From Pachysolen tannophilus NRRL Y-2460 (lineage: Eukaryota): DNA of 64,000 nucleotides. How positions within the stretch are numbered: position 1 is the stretch's first letter; each line of letters opens with the position of its first letter. The stretch covers positions 464,147 through 528,146 of the forward strand of contig KV454012.1 of assembly GCA_001661245.1 (NCBI GenBank). The letters are read 5' to 3'. This document shows positions 10,527-22,307 of this stretch, piece after piece. The notes beneath the pieces are model-generated. The model did not search any database, was not told the origin of the DNA, and saw nothing but the letters and a program-made list of their open reading frames with translations. The position numbers and the translations under genes are program-made.

Positions 10527-12323
10527 ATGTCATTTTCAGGCGGTGGGGCAGAGTGTTCGACAAGTTCTAATCCTTTGGCCCAATTTAGTAAGCAGGCCAA
10601 CGTTGATAGATCATTACAACAGTCTGTGATTAATCGATCAAATGGTAATATAATAGGGAATGGTGGTATTAGAAAGGAGAATGCGATGAATCCTGTTGAG
10701 AGGCAAAATTTTGAGAATTTTTTACAAAGGAATCAAAATAATAATAATGCTTTTAATAATTTTCAACCAATGAGTCATGAGTTAAATATTATCCAAAATC
10801 AGAATGGTAGTAGGAATGCTATGATGGATCAGAATAATAAATGGAAGCAAGATTTTAGAGCGGTTACTTCTGTGAATAACAACCAAGTTGATGCAAACAT
10901 ATATGGGACTCAGTTACCATCGGAATCAAGATGGGTCAACGAGTTTGGATCTTCTTCTAAATCAATGAATAATAACAAATATGAGGTGACTGATGGAATG
11001 GGGTATTCCAGTGGCTTCGGAGTTGACTGCTATCCAAGAATGAATGTTATGGCAAGACCAACTATGATGGGTAATGGATTTATGAATGGAGGTAGTTCTG
11101 CTCAGCAGTTTCATGTTCAAGACGAAAAAATTGTTGAGTTGGATTCAAATAAATGGGAAGATCAATTTAATGAAATTGAAAGAGAACAAGAAAAAGAGAA
11201 AGAGAAAGAAAATGAAGAAGATATAGTGATTGATGATAAATATAAAGCAACTTTTGAAGAGGTTTGGGATGGCTTGAATCAAGATTTTGAGAATGGGGAA
11301 CTTTTAAACCAGGAATATGAATCAATGTGGGAAAGAGATTTTTCAACATATGCTTCAGGTAGATTAAATTATAGTGAGTACAAACTTGAAGAGAATAATC
11401 CCTTCATTAATGAAAATGATCCTTATACAATTGGAATCAGGTTGATGGAAAACGGTGCTAGATTAAGTGAAGCTGCATTAGCATTTGAAGCTGCAGTAAG
11501 ACAAAACGATAAACATGTTGAAGCGTGGTTGAAATTAGGTGAAGTTCAAACTCAAAATGAAAAAGAAAGTGCTGGAATTTCTGCTTTAGAAAAATGTATT
11601 GAATTAGATCCTGGGAACTTGAAAGCTTTAATGACTCTAGCGATATCTTATGTTAATGAAGGTTATGATAATGCTGCATATGCTACGTTGGAAAGATGGA
11701 TTGATACAAAATACCCACAGGTTACAAGTAAAGCTAGATTAGAAAAACCTTCCATCAATGATGATGATCGATTTTCGTTGAATAATCGTATAACTGAATT
11801 ATTTTTAAAAGCTGCACAGTTATCTCCAGACGTGGCTAATATGGATGCAGATGTTCAAACAGGTTTAGGTGTGTTATTTTACTCCATGGAAGAATTTGAG
11901 AAAACATTGGACTGTTTCAAAGCTGCCATAAGTGTTAATCTGAATGATTCATTGATGTGGAATAGACTAGGTGCTTGTTTAGCCAATTCAAATAGATCTG
12001 AAGAAGCAATTGAAGCTTATTCAAGAGCATTACAATTAAACCCAAATTTTGTCAGAGCTAGATATAACCTTGGTGTATCCTGCATTAACATGGGGTTGTA
12101 CAAGGAAGCTGCCGAACATTTATTAGGTGGATTATCAATGCATAACGTTGAAGGCAGCACCTTTGATAATGGTAATAATAATAATACTATCGGAAGTAAT
12201 CAATCCGTTAGTCTACTTGAAACGTTGAAAAGAGCCTTCTTGGCCATGGACAGAAGAGACCTAATAGACAAAGTCAAACCAGGAATGAACCTAGACCAGT
12301 TTAGAGACGAATTCAACTTTTAA
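10527..12323 (+). CDS. PEX5: Peroxisomal PTS1 receptor
   Basis: N-terminal Cys (AECSTSSNPL); WxxxF motifs WKQDF, WVNEF, WEDQF, WERDF; TPRs with LSEAALAFEAAV, WNRLGA, RARYNLG. Confidence 0.97.
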   Translation: MSFSGGGAECSTSSNPLAQFSKQANVDRSLQQSVINRSNGNIIGNGGIRKENAMNPVERQNFENFLQRNQNNNNAFNNFQPMSHELNIIQNQNGSRNAMMDQNNKWKQDFRAVTSVNNNQVDANIYGTQLPSESRWVNEFGSSSKSMNNNKYEVTDGMGYSSGFGVDCYPRMNVMARPTMMGNGFMNGGSSAQQFHVQDEKIVELDSNKWEDQFNEIEREQEKEKEKENEEDIVIDDKYKATFEEVWDGLNQDFENGELLNQEYESMWERDFSTYASGRLNYSEYKLEENNPFINENDPYTIGIRLMENGARLSEAALAFEAAVRQNDKHVEAWLKLGEVQTQNEKESAGISALEKCIELDPGNLKALMTLAISYVNEGYDNAAYATLERWIDTKYPQVTSKARLEKPSINDDDRFSLNNRITELFLKAAQLSPDVANMDADVQTGLGVLFYSMEEFEKTLDCFKAAISVNLNDSLMWNRLGACLANSNRSEEAIEAYSRALQLNPNFVRARYNLGVSCINMGLYKEAAEHLLGGLSMHNVEGSTFDNGNNNNTIGSNQSVSLLETLKRAFLAMDRRDLIDKVKPGMNLDQFRDEFNF

Positions 12324-12576
12324 AAACAAAAGCTATCAACTCTTCTTCTTCTTCATCATCTTCTTTATATAGAACTTCTTAACTAAAATCAAGAGAGTAG
12401 TGCATTTAATACCAATAACAGTGATAAATCATTTCCATTGAAATTGTAAAATTCTAAAAAGTAATCTTAAATCTATGTTATATATTATTGAATTGTTTGT
12501 TAATTGCTGATCAATTGAAGTTATAACCAATTGATAACTTTAGAAGTTTGATAGTCTAGTTTTTTTTTTGCTCAAA

Positions 12577-15033
12577 ATGGATGGTCTGTTGTTACAGCAA
12601 ATTCAGCTGGGTAAAAGATTGCGAAAGGCTGAAACAAATGATAGAAGTGCACCTCTGGTACTGGGAAATCCAACATCTTCTTCATCGTCATCATCATCGG
12701 CGCCTTTGGGTACGCCATTGACTTCTGCACCTCCAGTTCCTGGGGGAGGTGGAAGAGGGAATCAGAGCTCTAACCATAGAAGCACGGCAGAACACGGTGT
12801 TCCATCTGGAGGGCCGCCTCAGTTGGGAGATATATTTGCTAACGGCGTTCCTCATTTAAAACATACTAAAAAATCAGGCAGTCACTCAAATCTGCCATCA
12901 CAAGCTCCATCTGCTCCATCAATTCCATCAATTCCATCAATTCCATCAATTCCATCGATTCCAAAACGGCCACTGCCATCTCAAAAATTCTCTTCAGTAG
13001 CACCACCTGCGCCACCAGCTCCTCCGGCACCACCCGCTCCACCACCACTTCCAGGCTCTTCAGCACCACTGGCTCCACCATTACCAAAGTTATCGGCCCC
13101 ATCAGCACTACCTGCACCACCATTACCGGCATTCGGAGCTCCAGGACTGCCTCCAGCACCTCCAGCACCTCCGTTACCTCCAACGCTGCCTCTGCTTCCC
13201 TCATCAAATTCTCACAAAATTCAGAGCGGTGGTTCTCACACAGCTTCATCTTCAAATGAAAATAAAACAAATAATTCCTCTTCATTGAAATCTGGTGGAT
13301 TGCCCTTTTTGGCAGAAATCAATGCTAGAAGAGATGATTCTGCTGCTATCACTTCGGTTCCTGCTATCACAAAGAGTTCTTCTTCTAGAAAAACTCCGCC
13401 ATTTCCAAAATCATCTACACCATCGGCACCACCTCTTCCAGGTTCTTCAGCACCTCCGGCACCGCTGTTACCGAAATCATCCGCACCACCAGCACCACCT
13501 CTTCCAGGTTCTTCAGCACCACCAGCACCATCTTTTCCAGGTTCTTCAGCTCCGCCGGCACCGCTGTTACCAAAATCATCGGCACCACCAGCACCACCAG
13601 CACCACCTTTTCCAGGTTCTGCAGCTCCTCCGGCACCGCTGTTACCAAAATCATCAGCACCACCGGCTCCGCCATTACCAGGTTCTTCAGCACCTCCGGC
13701 ACCGCTGTTACCAAAATCATCAGCACCACCGGCTCCGCCATTACCAGGTTCTTCAGCACCTCCGGCACCGCTGTTACCAAAATCATCGGCACCACCAGCA
13801 CCACTGTTACCAAAGTCGTCAGCGCCTCTGAATCTTCCTTCATCGATGACAACTACCAAAAGCAATAATTCGAAAAATTCTGAAGCACCTAAAGCAGCAC
13901 CGGCTTTAGTTGGGGGATTACCATTTTTAGCCGAAATTAATTCCAAGAGAAATGATTCTCATGTCATAGATTCTGTTTCGCCTTCAGGGAAAAAATCATC
14001 AAATACAGGAACTAAAAGAAATACATCACTGGCGCCTCTGATACCACTGTCGAATGCTCCTAAGATTCCATTTTTTGGATCTTCAAAGAATTCTAGTAAT
14101 AATAAAGGAATGCCACTGGCTCCACCACTCCCTGCAGGTAGCTCGCTGCCTTCTAAACCGCCATCATCAAATGCACCTCCAGTGCCTTCTTTACCAGTTC
14201 AGCCACCTTCAAGGAACTCACCATCTATTAGACCTCCTGTGGGAATGAGTTTGCCTCCACCAGCTCCATCAATGCCAGCACCACCTTTGAATTCAAACAA
14301 CAACAGCGACAATAAACCAAAAACCGAAGCTCCACTGGCACCTCCTATTGGCGGACTACCATTTTTATCTGAATTGAATTCCAAAAGAGATGACTCTCAT
14401 GTGGTAGATTCTTCTCTGCAGTCTTCTCTGACTGCACCTTCAATCCCGACAAATTTACCACCAGTTCCAGCTGCACCTTCCAATAAGGCACCGTTCAGTC
14501 TGGCGCCTGTTATTTCTTCAGCGCCAAAGCCCCCATCGACTTCTGCCCCCGAATTACCATCAGCTAAACCACCAAGTTTACCAAGCATGATTCCACCATC
14601 TCCCCCATCATATCTTTCTCAGGAGAAAACTTTCCCTTCGTCCCCTTCTCCATCAAGAGTTTCATCAAGAAAACTGGCGCCGCCGCCTCCTCCTCCACCA
14701 CCATCAGGTCTGTCGCTGTCGTCTAATGCTACAACTACAACGGCTACAGAAACTCACAATAATCATACTAATGGAGAGCATCATCATTCATTTAGACTTT
14801 TCAGTAATCACAGCCTAAAACAGGATTCTGCTTCAACACAGGAAGCCAATTTGCGTGATATAGATTCTGCAAATTATACGATAAATGGGTCTCGGAGACA
14901 TGATAGTTCCCAGAAAATAGTGGATAACCGTTTCAAATTTATTAATGAGAATGAACTACCGAAACCAAGGAAATTTTCAGGAAAAGTAAAGCTATATCCA
15001 AGCGGAAGAGGAACATCAGTAGGATTAACATGA
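12577..15033 (+). CDS. VRP1: Verprolin/WIP-like proline-rich actin regulator
   Basis: ATG at 12577; WH2 LLQQIQxGKRLRKAETNDRSAP; PQLGDIFANGVPHLKH; three GGLPFL(A/S)E(I/L)N repeats; C-terminal RFKF..LPKPRKF..KLYPSGRG. Confidence 0.9.
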   Translation: MDGLLLQQIQLGKRLRKAETNDRSAPLVLGNPTSSSSSSSSAPLGTPLTSAPPVPGGGGRGNQSSNHRSTAEHGVPSGGPPQLGDIFANGVPHLKHTKKSGSHSNLPSQAPSAPSIPSIPSIPSIPSIPKRPLPSQKFSSVAPPAPPAPPAPPAPPPLPGSSAPLAPPLPKLSAPSALPAPPLPAFGAPGLPPAPPAPPLPPTLPLLPSSNSHKIQSGGSHTASSSNENKTNNSSSLKSGGLPFLAEINARRDDSAAITSVPAITKSSSSRKTPPFPKSSTPSAPPLPGSSAPPAPLLPKSSAPPAPPLPGSSAPPAPSFPGSSAPPAPLLPKSSAPPAPPAPPFPGSAAPPAPLLPKSSAPPAPPLPGSSAPPAPLLPKSSAPPAPPLPGSSAPPAPLLPKSSAPPAPLLPKSSAPLNLPSSMTTTKSNNSKNSEAPKAAPALVGGLPFLAEINSKRNDSHVIDSVSPSGKKSSNTGTKRNTSLAPLIPLSNAPKIPFFGSSKNSSNNKGMPLAPPLPAGSSLPSKPPSSNAPPVPSLPVQPPSRNSPSIRPPVGMSLPPPAPSMPAPPLNSNNNSDNKPKTEAPLAPPIGGLPFLSELNSKRDDSHVVDSSLQSSLTAPSIPTNLPPVPAAPSNKAPFSLAPVISSAPKPPSTSAPELPSAKPPSLPSMIPPSPPSYLSQEKTFPSSPSPSRVSSRKLAPPPPPPPPSGLSLSSNATTTTATETHNNHTNGEHHHSFRLFSNHSLKQDSASTQEANLRDIDSANYTINGSRRHDSSQKIVDNRFKFINENELPKPRKFSGKVKLYPSGRGTSVGLT
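13421..13827 (+). repeat. Coding minisatellite, 33-bp units alternating as 66-bp dimers
   Basis: Alternating APPAPPLPGSS / APPAP[CTG]LPKSS units with near-identical DNA. Confidence 0.9.
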
Positions 15034-15191
15034 TATATAATAATTTTTTACTTGAATCTTTTTAAAAATCAAAAACTTCGTCTTTTATAATATATATATA
15101 TATATGTATTTTCAATTAAGAAATAAGGCTATTTGACAAGAAATTCGTTTGTAGTTTATATTTTCAATCTATGTACAAGTCGATAAGGAAT

Positions 15192-15946
15192 CTAGTTTTC
15201 TTCTTCATCCCAACCATCTTTCCATCTTTTTTTCCACAAATTACAATCAAATTGGGGTTTACCCAACTTCTTGTTAACTGAATTATGTGCATCACATAAC
15301 CACCTTCCAAAATCTTCTTGTGTTTTAACTTTTGGTTGATTTTCACCAATGTATTTAGTAAAATCTTTAGCACAAAACCAACATGGATAAATTTTTCCAA
15401 AAATGTTCAAAAAACTTTTCATATCCTCTTGCTGACTTATAGATGCTTCTTCCGGATAAGATGCCGCCACACTATGTAAGAAAGTCCATGTTGAGCGTCC
15501 TAATTGTTCCACATCAGGTGGTTCATCTTTCAGGTAAGCTGTTGATAAGTGTGAAGCATCAGAGGCATCAGAGGCACCAGAAGCAGAAGCAGAAGTAGAT
15601 GCAGAAGTAGCAGCGCCAATCGCAGACCCCGCACCGGTACTAAAACCAGGAAAGGTACCAGACACCTTTGGTTTGGCACCTGTAGCCATTTTAAAATCCA
15701 ATAAAGTATTACATGCTCGGCAACTAAACAGAAAACAAAGACAAATAGTAGTTAGTTAGTATCAACTTAATGAAAAGGGCCAAAAAGAAGAAGAAATTAA
15801 AATAGAAAAAAAAAAAGTTCAAAAATTACTTACGGTTTACCGTCTTTGTCATAAATGATCTTTCTCCCCGTTAAACCAAGCGCTGGTTTCTGTGGCCCGT
15901 GGGAACCATCTCCTTCATTCTCTTGATTAATTTCTTTTGTCATCAT
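15192..15946 (-). CDS. ERV1: Mitochondrial IMS sulfhydryl oxidase, two exons
   Basis: Exon1 15946-15834 (..GLTGRKIIYDKDGKP); intron 15833-15724 (GTAAGT, TACTAAC at 15761-15755, TAG); exon2 restores CRAC, then LGRSTWTFLH, YPCWFCA, WLCDAHN..FDC. Confidence 0.95.
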
Positions 15947-16126
15947 TCATAATTCAATGACTGATCCACAGCATTATACCAATCAAATCAAATATTAAGG
16001 CAATTTGAAAATAAATGAATGATTAATACCACCTTTTACATTTTATCAAGAAAGGCAAAAAAAAAAAAAAAAAAAAAAATAAAAAAAAAAAGGTAGTGCA
16101 CAACAATATCAATAATTATCCGGTAG

Positions 16127-16548
16127 NNNNNNNNNNNNNNNNNNNNNNNNNNNNNNNNNNNNNNNNNNNNNNNNNNNNNNNNNNNNNNNNNNNNNNNNNN
16201 NNNNNNNNNNNNNNNNNNNNNNNNNNNNNNNNNNNNNNNNNNNNNNNNNNNNNNNNNNNNNNNNNNNNNNNNNNNNNNNNNNNNNNNNNNNNNNNNNNNN
16301 NNNNNNNNNNNNNNNNNNNNNNNNNNNNNNNNNNNNNNNNNNNNNNNNNNNNNNNNNNNNNNNNNNNNNNNNNNNNNNNNNNNNNNNNNNNNNNNNNNNN
16401 NNNNNNNNNNNNNNNNNNNNNNNNNNNNNNNNNNNNNNNNNNNNNNNNNNNNNNNNNNNNNNNNNNNNNNNNNNNNNNNNNNNNNNNNNNNNNNNNNNNN
16501 NNNNNNNNNNNNNNNNNNNNNNNNNNNNNNNNNNNNNNNNNNNNNNNN
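16127..16548. other. Assembly gap
   Basis: Run of N. Confidence 1.
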
Positions 16549-16602
16549 AAAAAAAAAGAAAAAAAAAAAAAAAGAAAACTGGAAAAATGGTGAGAAATAA
16601 AA

Positions 16603-17608
16603 CTAGTCTTTATAGTGTATGGTTCTGAAAAAATCCATACAACTGGTAAAGACCACCAATAAAATACCACCACCTGGACCTAATCTTAAAACTTTTGGAA
16701 GGAATCCTTTGTAAAGGGCAGAGAAACCTTCTTCTTTGTAAATCATCAAGATTGAAGGGAAGGTCCAAATGTACTTGGTGGAAGTTCCAGCTTGGATTCT
16801 TGATTTCACAACATCTATTGGAGTATTTATCAGAGTACCAAAGATACCACCAACGGTACCACTTAACAAGTCATTCATTGTCTTTCTAGAAGGGGTTTTT
16901 GCTTCAGGTAAGATTGCTCTAATTTGGAAAATTACTCCAAAATAACTACCATTCCAGAAAATGTGTCTCCAAAGAGTAGATTCTAATCCTTTATACATTC
17001 CCAAGATACCATTATTTTTGACAATATCTTTAACAACAGCTATTGGACTACTGAATTTAGATGTTCTATCTTGTAATCTGATTTTGACCAACTCGAATGG
17101 AACAACAACAAAAGATTCACATGCACCTGCAGTTGAACCAGTAAGAATTGCCAAAGATTGGGTCATTTGTGGAACACCAAAAAGTTTTTTATAAATCGTG
17201 GAAAATTCATCATTTGCAGCAAACTTTGTTGCTCTCTTTGGAGCCTCCATCAAAATCGGAGAAGTTATACCTTTATATAACCTACTAGGACCTTCTTGTT
17301 TAACAATTTGAGTAAAACAATCAACAACACCTGAATATTGTGCACTAGAACCAGAGCCAACTTGTAATTGGATACGAGTCTTGATCATGTCCAATGGATA
17401 CATGACCAAGATCTCAGAAACTCCAGCAATGGCACCGGACAGGAACTGATAAATAAAGGGTAACGCTATCAATAAAAAAAGCTGTTAGTACTCCATTTAC
17501 TTATTTTTTTTTGTACCGTCACAATACAACACACAATACTTCAAAATATATGTATTTTTTTTTGGTATCTTTATACATTTACTTACGTCTTGGATCTGTT
17601 GTAGCCAT
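16603..17608 (-). CDS. ODC1: Mitochondrial 2-oxodicarboxylate carrier, two exons
   Basis: Exon1 17608-17587; intron 17586-17466 (GTAAGT..TACTAAC..TAG); spliced product MATTDPRPLPFIYQF; three PxD/ExxK carrier motifs; MEAPKRATKF. Confidence 0.92.
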
Positions 17609-17762
17609 TATCTGAATATAAATATATAAATATATACAACTCTTGTCTATCTAAGATTCACAATTATATTCGAAAAGAAGAAATCAAATAAATTTTCTTT
17701 TATTTTTTTTTTTTTTTGTTTTTTGTTTTTTTGCTGATTTTTTCAATTTTTCACTTTTTTTA

Positions 17763-17769
17763 TGACTCA
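17763..17769. promoter_or_regulatory. Gcn4/AP-1 site TGACTCA in the ODC-TRM9 divergent promoter
   Basis: Exact ATGACTCA about 155 bp upstream of a carrier linked to lysine/glutamate synthesis. Confidence 0.5.
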
Positions 17770-18048
17770 AGATTAGATGCGGGTCCGGAATTTATAGCGA
17801 CATAGAAGAATTATCGTTTTGTGTTGATGATTTATGTGATTTACTAAATATCACCGTTGCTATTATTGTTTCTGATCCAAGATTGAAATTGAAAGTTTGG
17901 TCTTATCTATTGTTGAGTTTTTTTTTTTCAATTGTAGTAGCTATTAGGTTTGGCTGGTTAATCATTAAAGAAGGTCAAAAAAAAAAAGAAAAAAATTTTT
18001 CACTTGGTGCGGTATCAATATACTTTGAATTAAAGATAAAGAATACAA

Positions 18049-18855
18049 ATGTCATCGAGACCCTCGAAGGAAGTAATAGAAAAAGAAATGGAGAGTTTCA
18101 ATACTATAGAGACTCCTGTTTTAAAAGAGGAATTATTTGTGCATAAAGTTTATGATGAAATAGCGGAACATTTTTCACAAACAAGATATAAGCCGTGGCC
18201 CATAGTTGAAAAATTTTTAATAACTAGGCCAGATTATTCAATAGGATTAGATGTTGGTTGTGGTAATGGAAAGTATTTCAATGTTAATAAAAAAATATGG
18301 TTAGTTGGTTCAGATAGATCAGAAGGGTTAATAAAATGCGCAACAAAGTATAATTCGGGATTGAATAATGATCTGATAGTTGCAGATGGATTATTTTTAC
18401 CTCATCATGATAATCGTTTTGATTTTGCCATAAGTATTGCAGTGATACATCATTTCTCCACTGAAGAAAGGAGAATTGAAGCAATTAAGAGAATTCTTAG
18501 TAAACTAAAATTGAAGACAGGTCAAGCTTTAATATATTGCTGGGCATTGGAACAGGAAAATTCCAGAAGAGGTTATAAAGAAGGTATGGATCAAGATATA
18601 TTAGTTCCATGGGTTTTACAAAAAAAACAGGAAAAAAGAAATAAGAAAGAAAAAGTTGGAGTGAAGGATGAAACTGTAAAGGAGTCTACGACAAATCAAC
18701 AACAACAAGAATCAAAAGAACTTGAAACGAAAATGAGGTATTATCATATGTATAAAAAGGGCGAATTGGTAGAAAACGCAGAGAAGGCAGGAGGAGTAGT
18801 TATAGATCATGGATACGAGAAGGACAACTGGTGGATAATAGTTAAAAATGCTTGA
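18049..18855 (+). CDS. TRM9: tRNA wobble-uridine carboxyl methyltransferase
   Basis: VHKVYDEIAEHFSQTRYKPWP, LDVGCGNGKY, DFAISIAVIHH, RYYHMY..GEL, DNWW. Confidence 0.95.
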   Translation: MSSRPSKEVIEKEMESFNTIETPVLKEELFVHKVYDEIAEHFSQTRYKPWPIVEKFLITRPDYSIGLDVGCGNGKYFNVNKKIWLVGSDRSEGLIKCATKYNSGLNNDLIVADGLFLPHHDNRFDFAISIAVIHHFSTEERRIEAIKRILSKLKLKTGQALIYCWALEQENSRRGYKEGMDQDILVPWVLQKKQEKRNKKEKVGVKDETVKESTTNQQQQESKELETKMRYYHMYKKGELVENAEKAGGVVIDHGYEKDNWWIIVKNA

Positions 18856-19382
18856 AAATAAAAAAAAAAAAAAAACTGAATAAACTTTGATATAAATAAT
18901 ATATATATATATATATCTATATATAAAAATAAATATATATAAAATGAGCAACACATATCAGTCATTATAACACCAACAACACACACAAAAATACCTATGA
19001 AGATGCCGTCGCCGTAATGTTTTAACAAAAACCTTGAAAAAAAAGTAATAAAAAAAAAAAAAAACACAAAATCAATCATAGACAAGAAAAAAAAAATATG
19101 GGGTAACAAAAATTAAAACAACAATATGCAAACACATATATAAATAAATATATAGTTGAAACTCTATTGCTCATCATTTAATACATCCATGGATATGTCA
19201 GCTTAAAATAAAAATTAAAAATAAAACAAAATGCATGTTATAAAAACCAAGAAAAGCTAAACTTTTTACACTTTTGTTGTTTTCTTTGTTTGATTTTTTT
19301 TTTCTTTTCTTTTTTTTTTTTTTTTTCCTCTCTTGATTTCCTCTCTAAAATCACCATGTAAAGCAGTAACTGTTGATGTTGC

Positions 19383-21206
19383 TTACATATACATACTCCT
19401 TTCTATCCTTCCTTTTTTCATAACTTGCTTTAAAGCAACACTATCTAATGGATCTAACAATTCAAACGAACATAATAATTCTTCATTAACACTCATCACA
19501 GCTCCCCAATTATCAAATTCTCCACAATAATTAGGTGCACTAAATACAGTCACCAATGATCTATCATTAAAAAATTCATATCCATCTTCAACAACCATAT
19601 GTGCTCTTACTACCAAATCAAATTGAAATTTATTTAAAAATTTGTTGATTGCAATTTTGTTAAAACAATAACTAACACCTCTTTCATTATCTTCCCATTC
19701 ATTTACAGTATCAGCAGGATCTGACCATACCAAATCATTTAATAATCCATAATCTGGAACATCTGTTGGTCTTTGAATTTTTCTTATTTCATCCATAGAA
19801 TTTAAAACTGGACTTAATCCTCCATGAACACAAAAAATCTTAGAAGCCACAATTGCAGCAATTGGTAAAGTATTAAAAGTATCAATAAATACTTTCCAAG
19901 TTTTCAAATTGGATCGTCTCTTACATTCATCATAAAATCCATAAACTCTTGTGACATTAGCGCATTCATGATTTCCTCTTAATAAAAAAAAATTTTCTGG
20001 GTATTTTATCTTATAACATAATAATAATAAAATTGTTTCTAAAGATTGTTTACCACGATCAACGTAATCACCCAAAAATAAATAATTTGCAGCAGGTGGG
20101 AATCCACATTTTGTAAAAATTCTAATTAAATCATTAAATTGACCATGTACGTCACCAACAATTTTCACTGGAGGTGATAATTCTATTAATGGTGGTTGAG
20201 ATAAGAAAATTTCTCTTGCTGTAGCACAAATTGCCAGGATTTCACTATTTTTTAAACAAAGATTTTTTGTTCTTTTACCTGAATAACCAGCATCCAATAA
20301 TCTTTGAATAATATCTTCAATGTTTAATTCTTTTTGTTGTGATGTTTGTGATTGCAATTGTGCTTGTTGATTAGTGGGTACTCTTGATAAATTGTTTGCA
20401 GCTGGTGAAGTTGAAAGATGATGCATATTACCATTATAACTACTACTTAATTCCAGATTACCCGAAACTGGTGAAGGTTGAGAACTTGATCTAAATGACG
20501 CCCCAGTAGGGGTTAACGGGCCATTTGAATATGAATTTGGTGCAGATAATCCAATTGCACCTGATTGCTCATTACTATTTTTTCTTTTCAAAATCGGTAC
20601 TTTTGGAGTCAATTGTATCATTGATGGTGGTAATTCATGATTATTGGGAGAAACATTGCTATAATCAGCCACGTTTATATTATGATCATTTATTGATAAA
20701 TTGTTAAAATCTTGATGAAGTCCCATATTATTGTGATCATTGGTATTATTACCATTATCAATGTTGTTATTAATATTATTATTGTTGTTACTATTATCAT
20801 TATTATGATTATTATTATTAGTATTATTACTATCAATATTATTATTATAATTATTATTATCCGTATTACTACTATTATTAACGTTACCGTTATAATTATT
20901 ACTATTATAATTATTATTATTATTATTATTATTATTATTTATACTATTGTTATTTGAATCTTGATTATTTGAGTAACTCGGTAAATTCTTACTAGAATTT
21001 CTTCTGCTTACAATTGGACTTGTATTCACACTTCCATGTGCAGTTTTAAAACTTGATCCATCATTACTGTAAACACTACCGCTTGTACTTTTCCTACTTC
21101 TTATTGATTTCCCAGATCTAGTACTATTTGAAGTATCGGACCTAACAAAAGGTGGTAAATTACTATTTGCTTTTGAAGATTTTGGCTTTGATGAATTGTT
21201 CCCCAT
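19383..21206 (-). CDS. PPZ1: Ser/Thr protein phosphatase Z
   Basis: MGNNSSK myristoylation motif, RSDT, Asn-rich N-terminus; GDVHGQ, GDYVDRG, RGNHE, SAPNYC. Confidence 0.95.
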   Translation of the reverse strand: MGNNSSKPKSSKANSNLPPFVRSDTSNSTRSGKSIRSRKSTSGSVYSNDGSSFKTAHGSVNTSPIVSRRNSSKNLPSYSNNQDSNNNSINNNNNNNNNNYNSNNYNGNVNNSSNTDNNNYNNNIDSNNTNNNNHNNDNSNNNNNINNNIDNGNNTNDHNNMGLHQDFNNLSINDHNINVADYSNVSPNNHELPPSMIQLTPKVPILKRKNSNEQSGAIGLSAPNSYSNGPLTPTGASFRSSSQPSPVSGNLELSSSYNGNMHHLSTSPAANNLSRVPTNQQAQLQSQTSQQKELNIEDIIQRLLDAGYSGKRTKNLCLKNSEILAICATAREIFLSQPPLIELSPPVKIVGDVHGQFNDLIRIFTKCGFPPAANYLFLGDYVDRGKQSLETILLLLCYKIKYPENFFLLRGNHECANVTRVYGFYDECKRRSNLKTWKVFIDTFNTLPIAAIVASKIFCVHGGLSPVLNSMDEIRKIQRPTDVPDYGLLNDLVWSDPADTVNEWEDNERGVSYCFNKIAINKFLNKFQFDLVVRAHMVVEDGYEFFNDRSLVTVFSAPNYCGEFDNWGAVMSVNEELLCSFELLDPLDSVALKQVMKKGRIERSMYM

Positions 21207-21326
21207 TGTTTAAAATATATTTAAATATTTAAACTGATTGTTCCAAAGTCCAATAATCCGACTTAATATTGATGAATTGTTTTAGCGCTGTCTGTAAAAA
21301 AGAAAAGCAAAAAAAAAAACAAAAAA

Positions 21327-21361
<35 letters not shown>

Positions 21362-21534
21362 AAAAGAAGAAGAGGCAAATAAAGAAAAATAATTAGAAAC
21401 TAAAAAGAAGAAAAAACAAAAAAAAAAAAAAAGAATTAAATTTCTCTTTTTTAATTGGTATCTAATGATAATTGTATTATAACTCCCTTTGCCTTTATAT
21501 GAAGTTTAAGATGTATCTCGTTAAAAAGTATTAA

Positions 21535-21581
<47 letters not shown>

Positions 21582-21714
21582 NAAAAAAAAAAAAAAAAAA
21601 AGAAAGAAAAAAGAAAATCATTCAGATTTTAAGTGTACAAAATAATCCAATATATAAGACGAAATAAAATATATGTGGTTATTCATTATATAGATAGATG
21701 TACCACATTTATTC

Positions 21715-22027
21715 NNNNNNNNNNNNNNNNNNNNNNNNNNNNNNNNNNNNNNNNNNNNNNNNNNNNNNNNNNNNNNNNNNNNNNNNNNNNNNNNNNNNNN
21801 NNNNNNNNNNNNNNNNNNNNNNNNNNNNNNNNNNNNNNNNNNNNNNNNNNNNNNNNNNNNNNNNNNNNNNNNNNNNNNNNNNNNNNNNNNNNNNNNNNNN
21901 NNNNNNNNNNNNNNNNNNNNNNNNNNNNNNNNNNNNNNNNNNNNNNNNNNNNNNNNNNNNNNNNNNNNNNNNNNNNNNNNNNNNNNNNNNNNNNNNNNNN
22001 NNNNNNNNNNNNNNNNNNNNNNNNNNN
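21715..22027. other. Assembly gap with duplicated flank (about 21358-21579 repeated at 22085-22306)
   Basis: Run of N; identical ~220 bp on both sides. Confidence 0.95.
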
Positions 22028-22088
<61 letters not shown>

Positions 22089-22261
22089 AAAAGAAGAAGA
22101 GGCAAATAAAGAAAAATAATTAGAAACTAAAAAGAAGAAAAAACAAAAAAAAAAAAAAAGAATTAAATTTCTCTTTTTTAATTGGTATCTAATGATAATT
22201 GTATTATAACTCCCTTTGCCTTTATATGAAGTTTAAGATGTATCTCGTTAAAAAGTATTAA

Positions 22262-22307
<46 letters not shown>

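Noticed and set aside
13236..13946. Gly/Ala-rich antisense ORF and other-frame ORFs in VRP1
   Set aside because: Shadow frames of the proline minisatellite
21358..22306. 220-bp direct repeat as a possible LTR pair
   Set aside because: No TG..CA ends or target-site duplication; flanks a gap and ends in simple repeats, so most likely an assembly overlap
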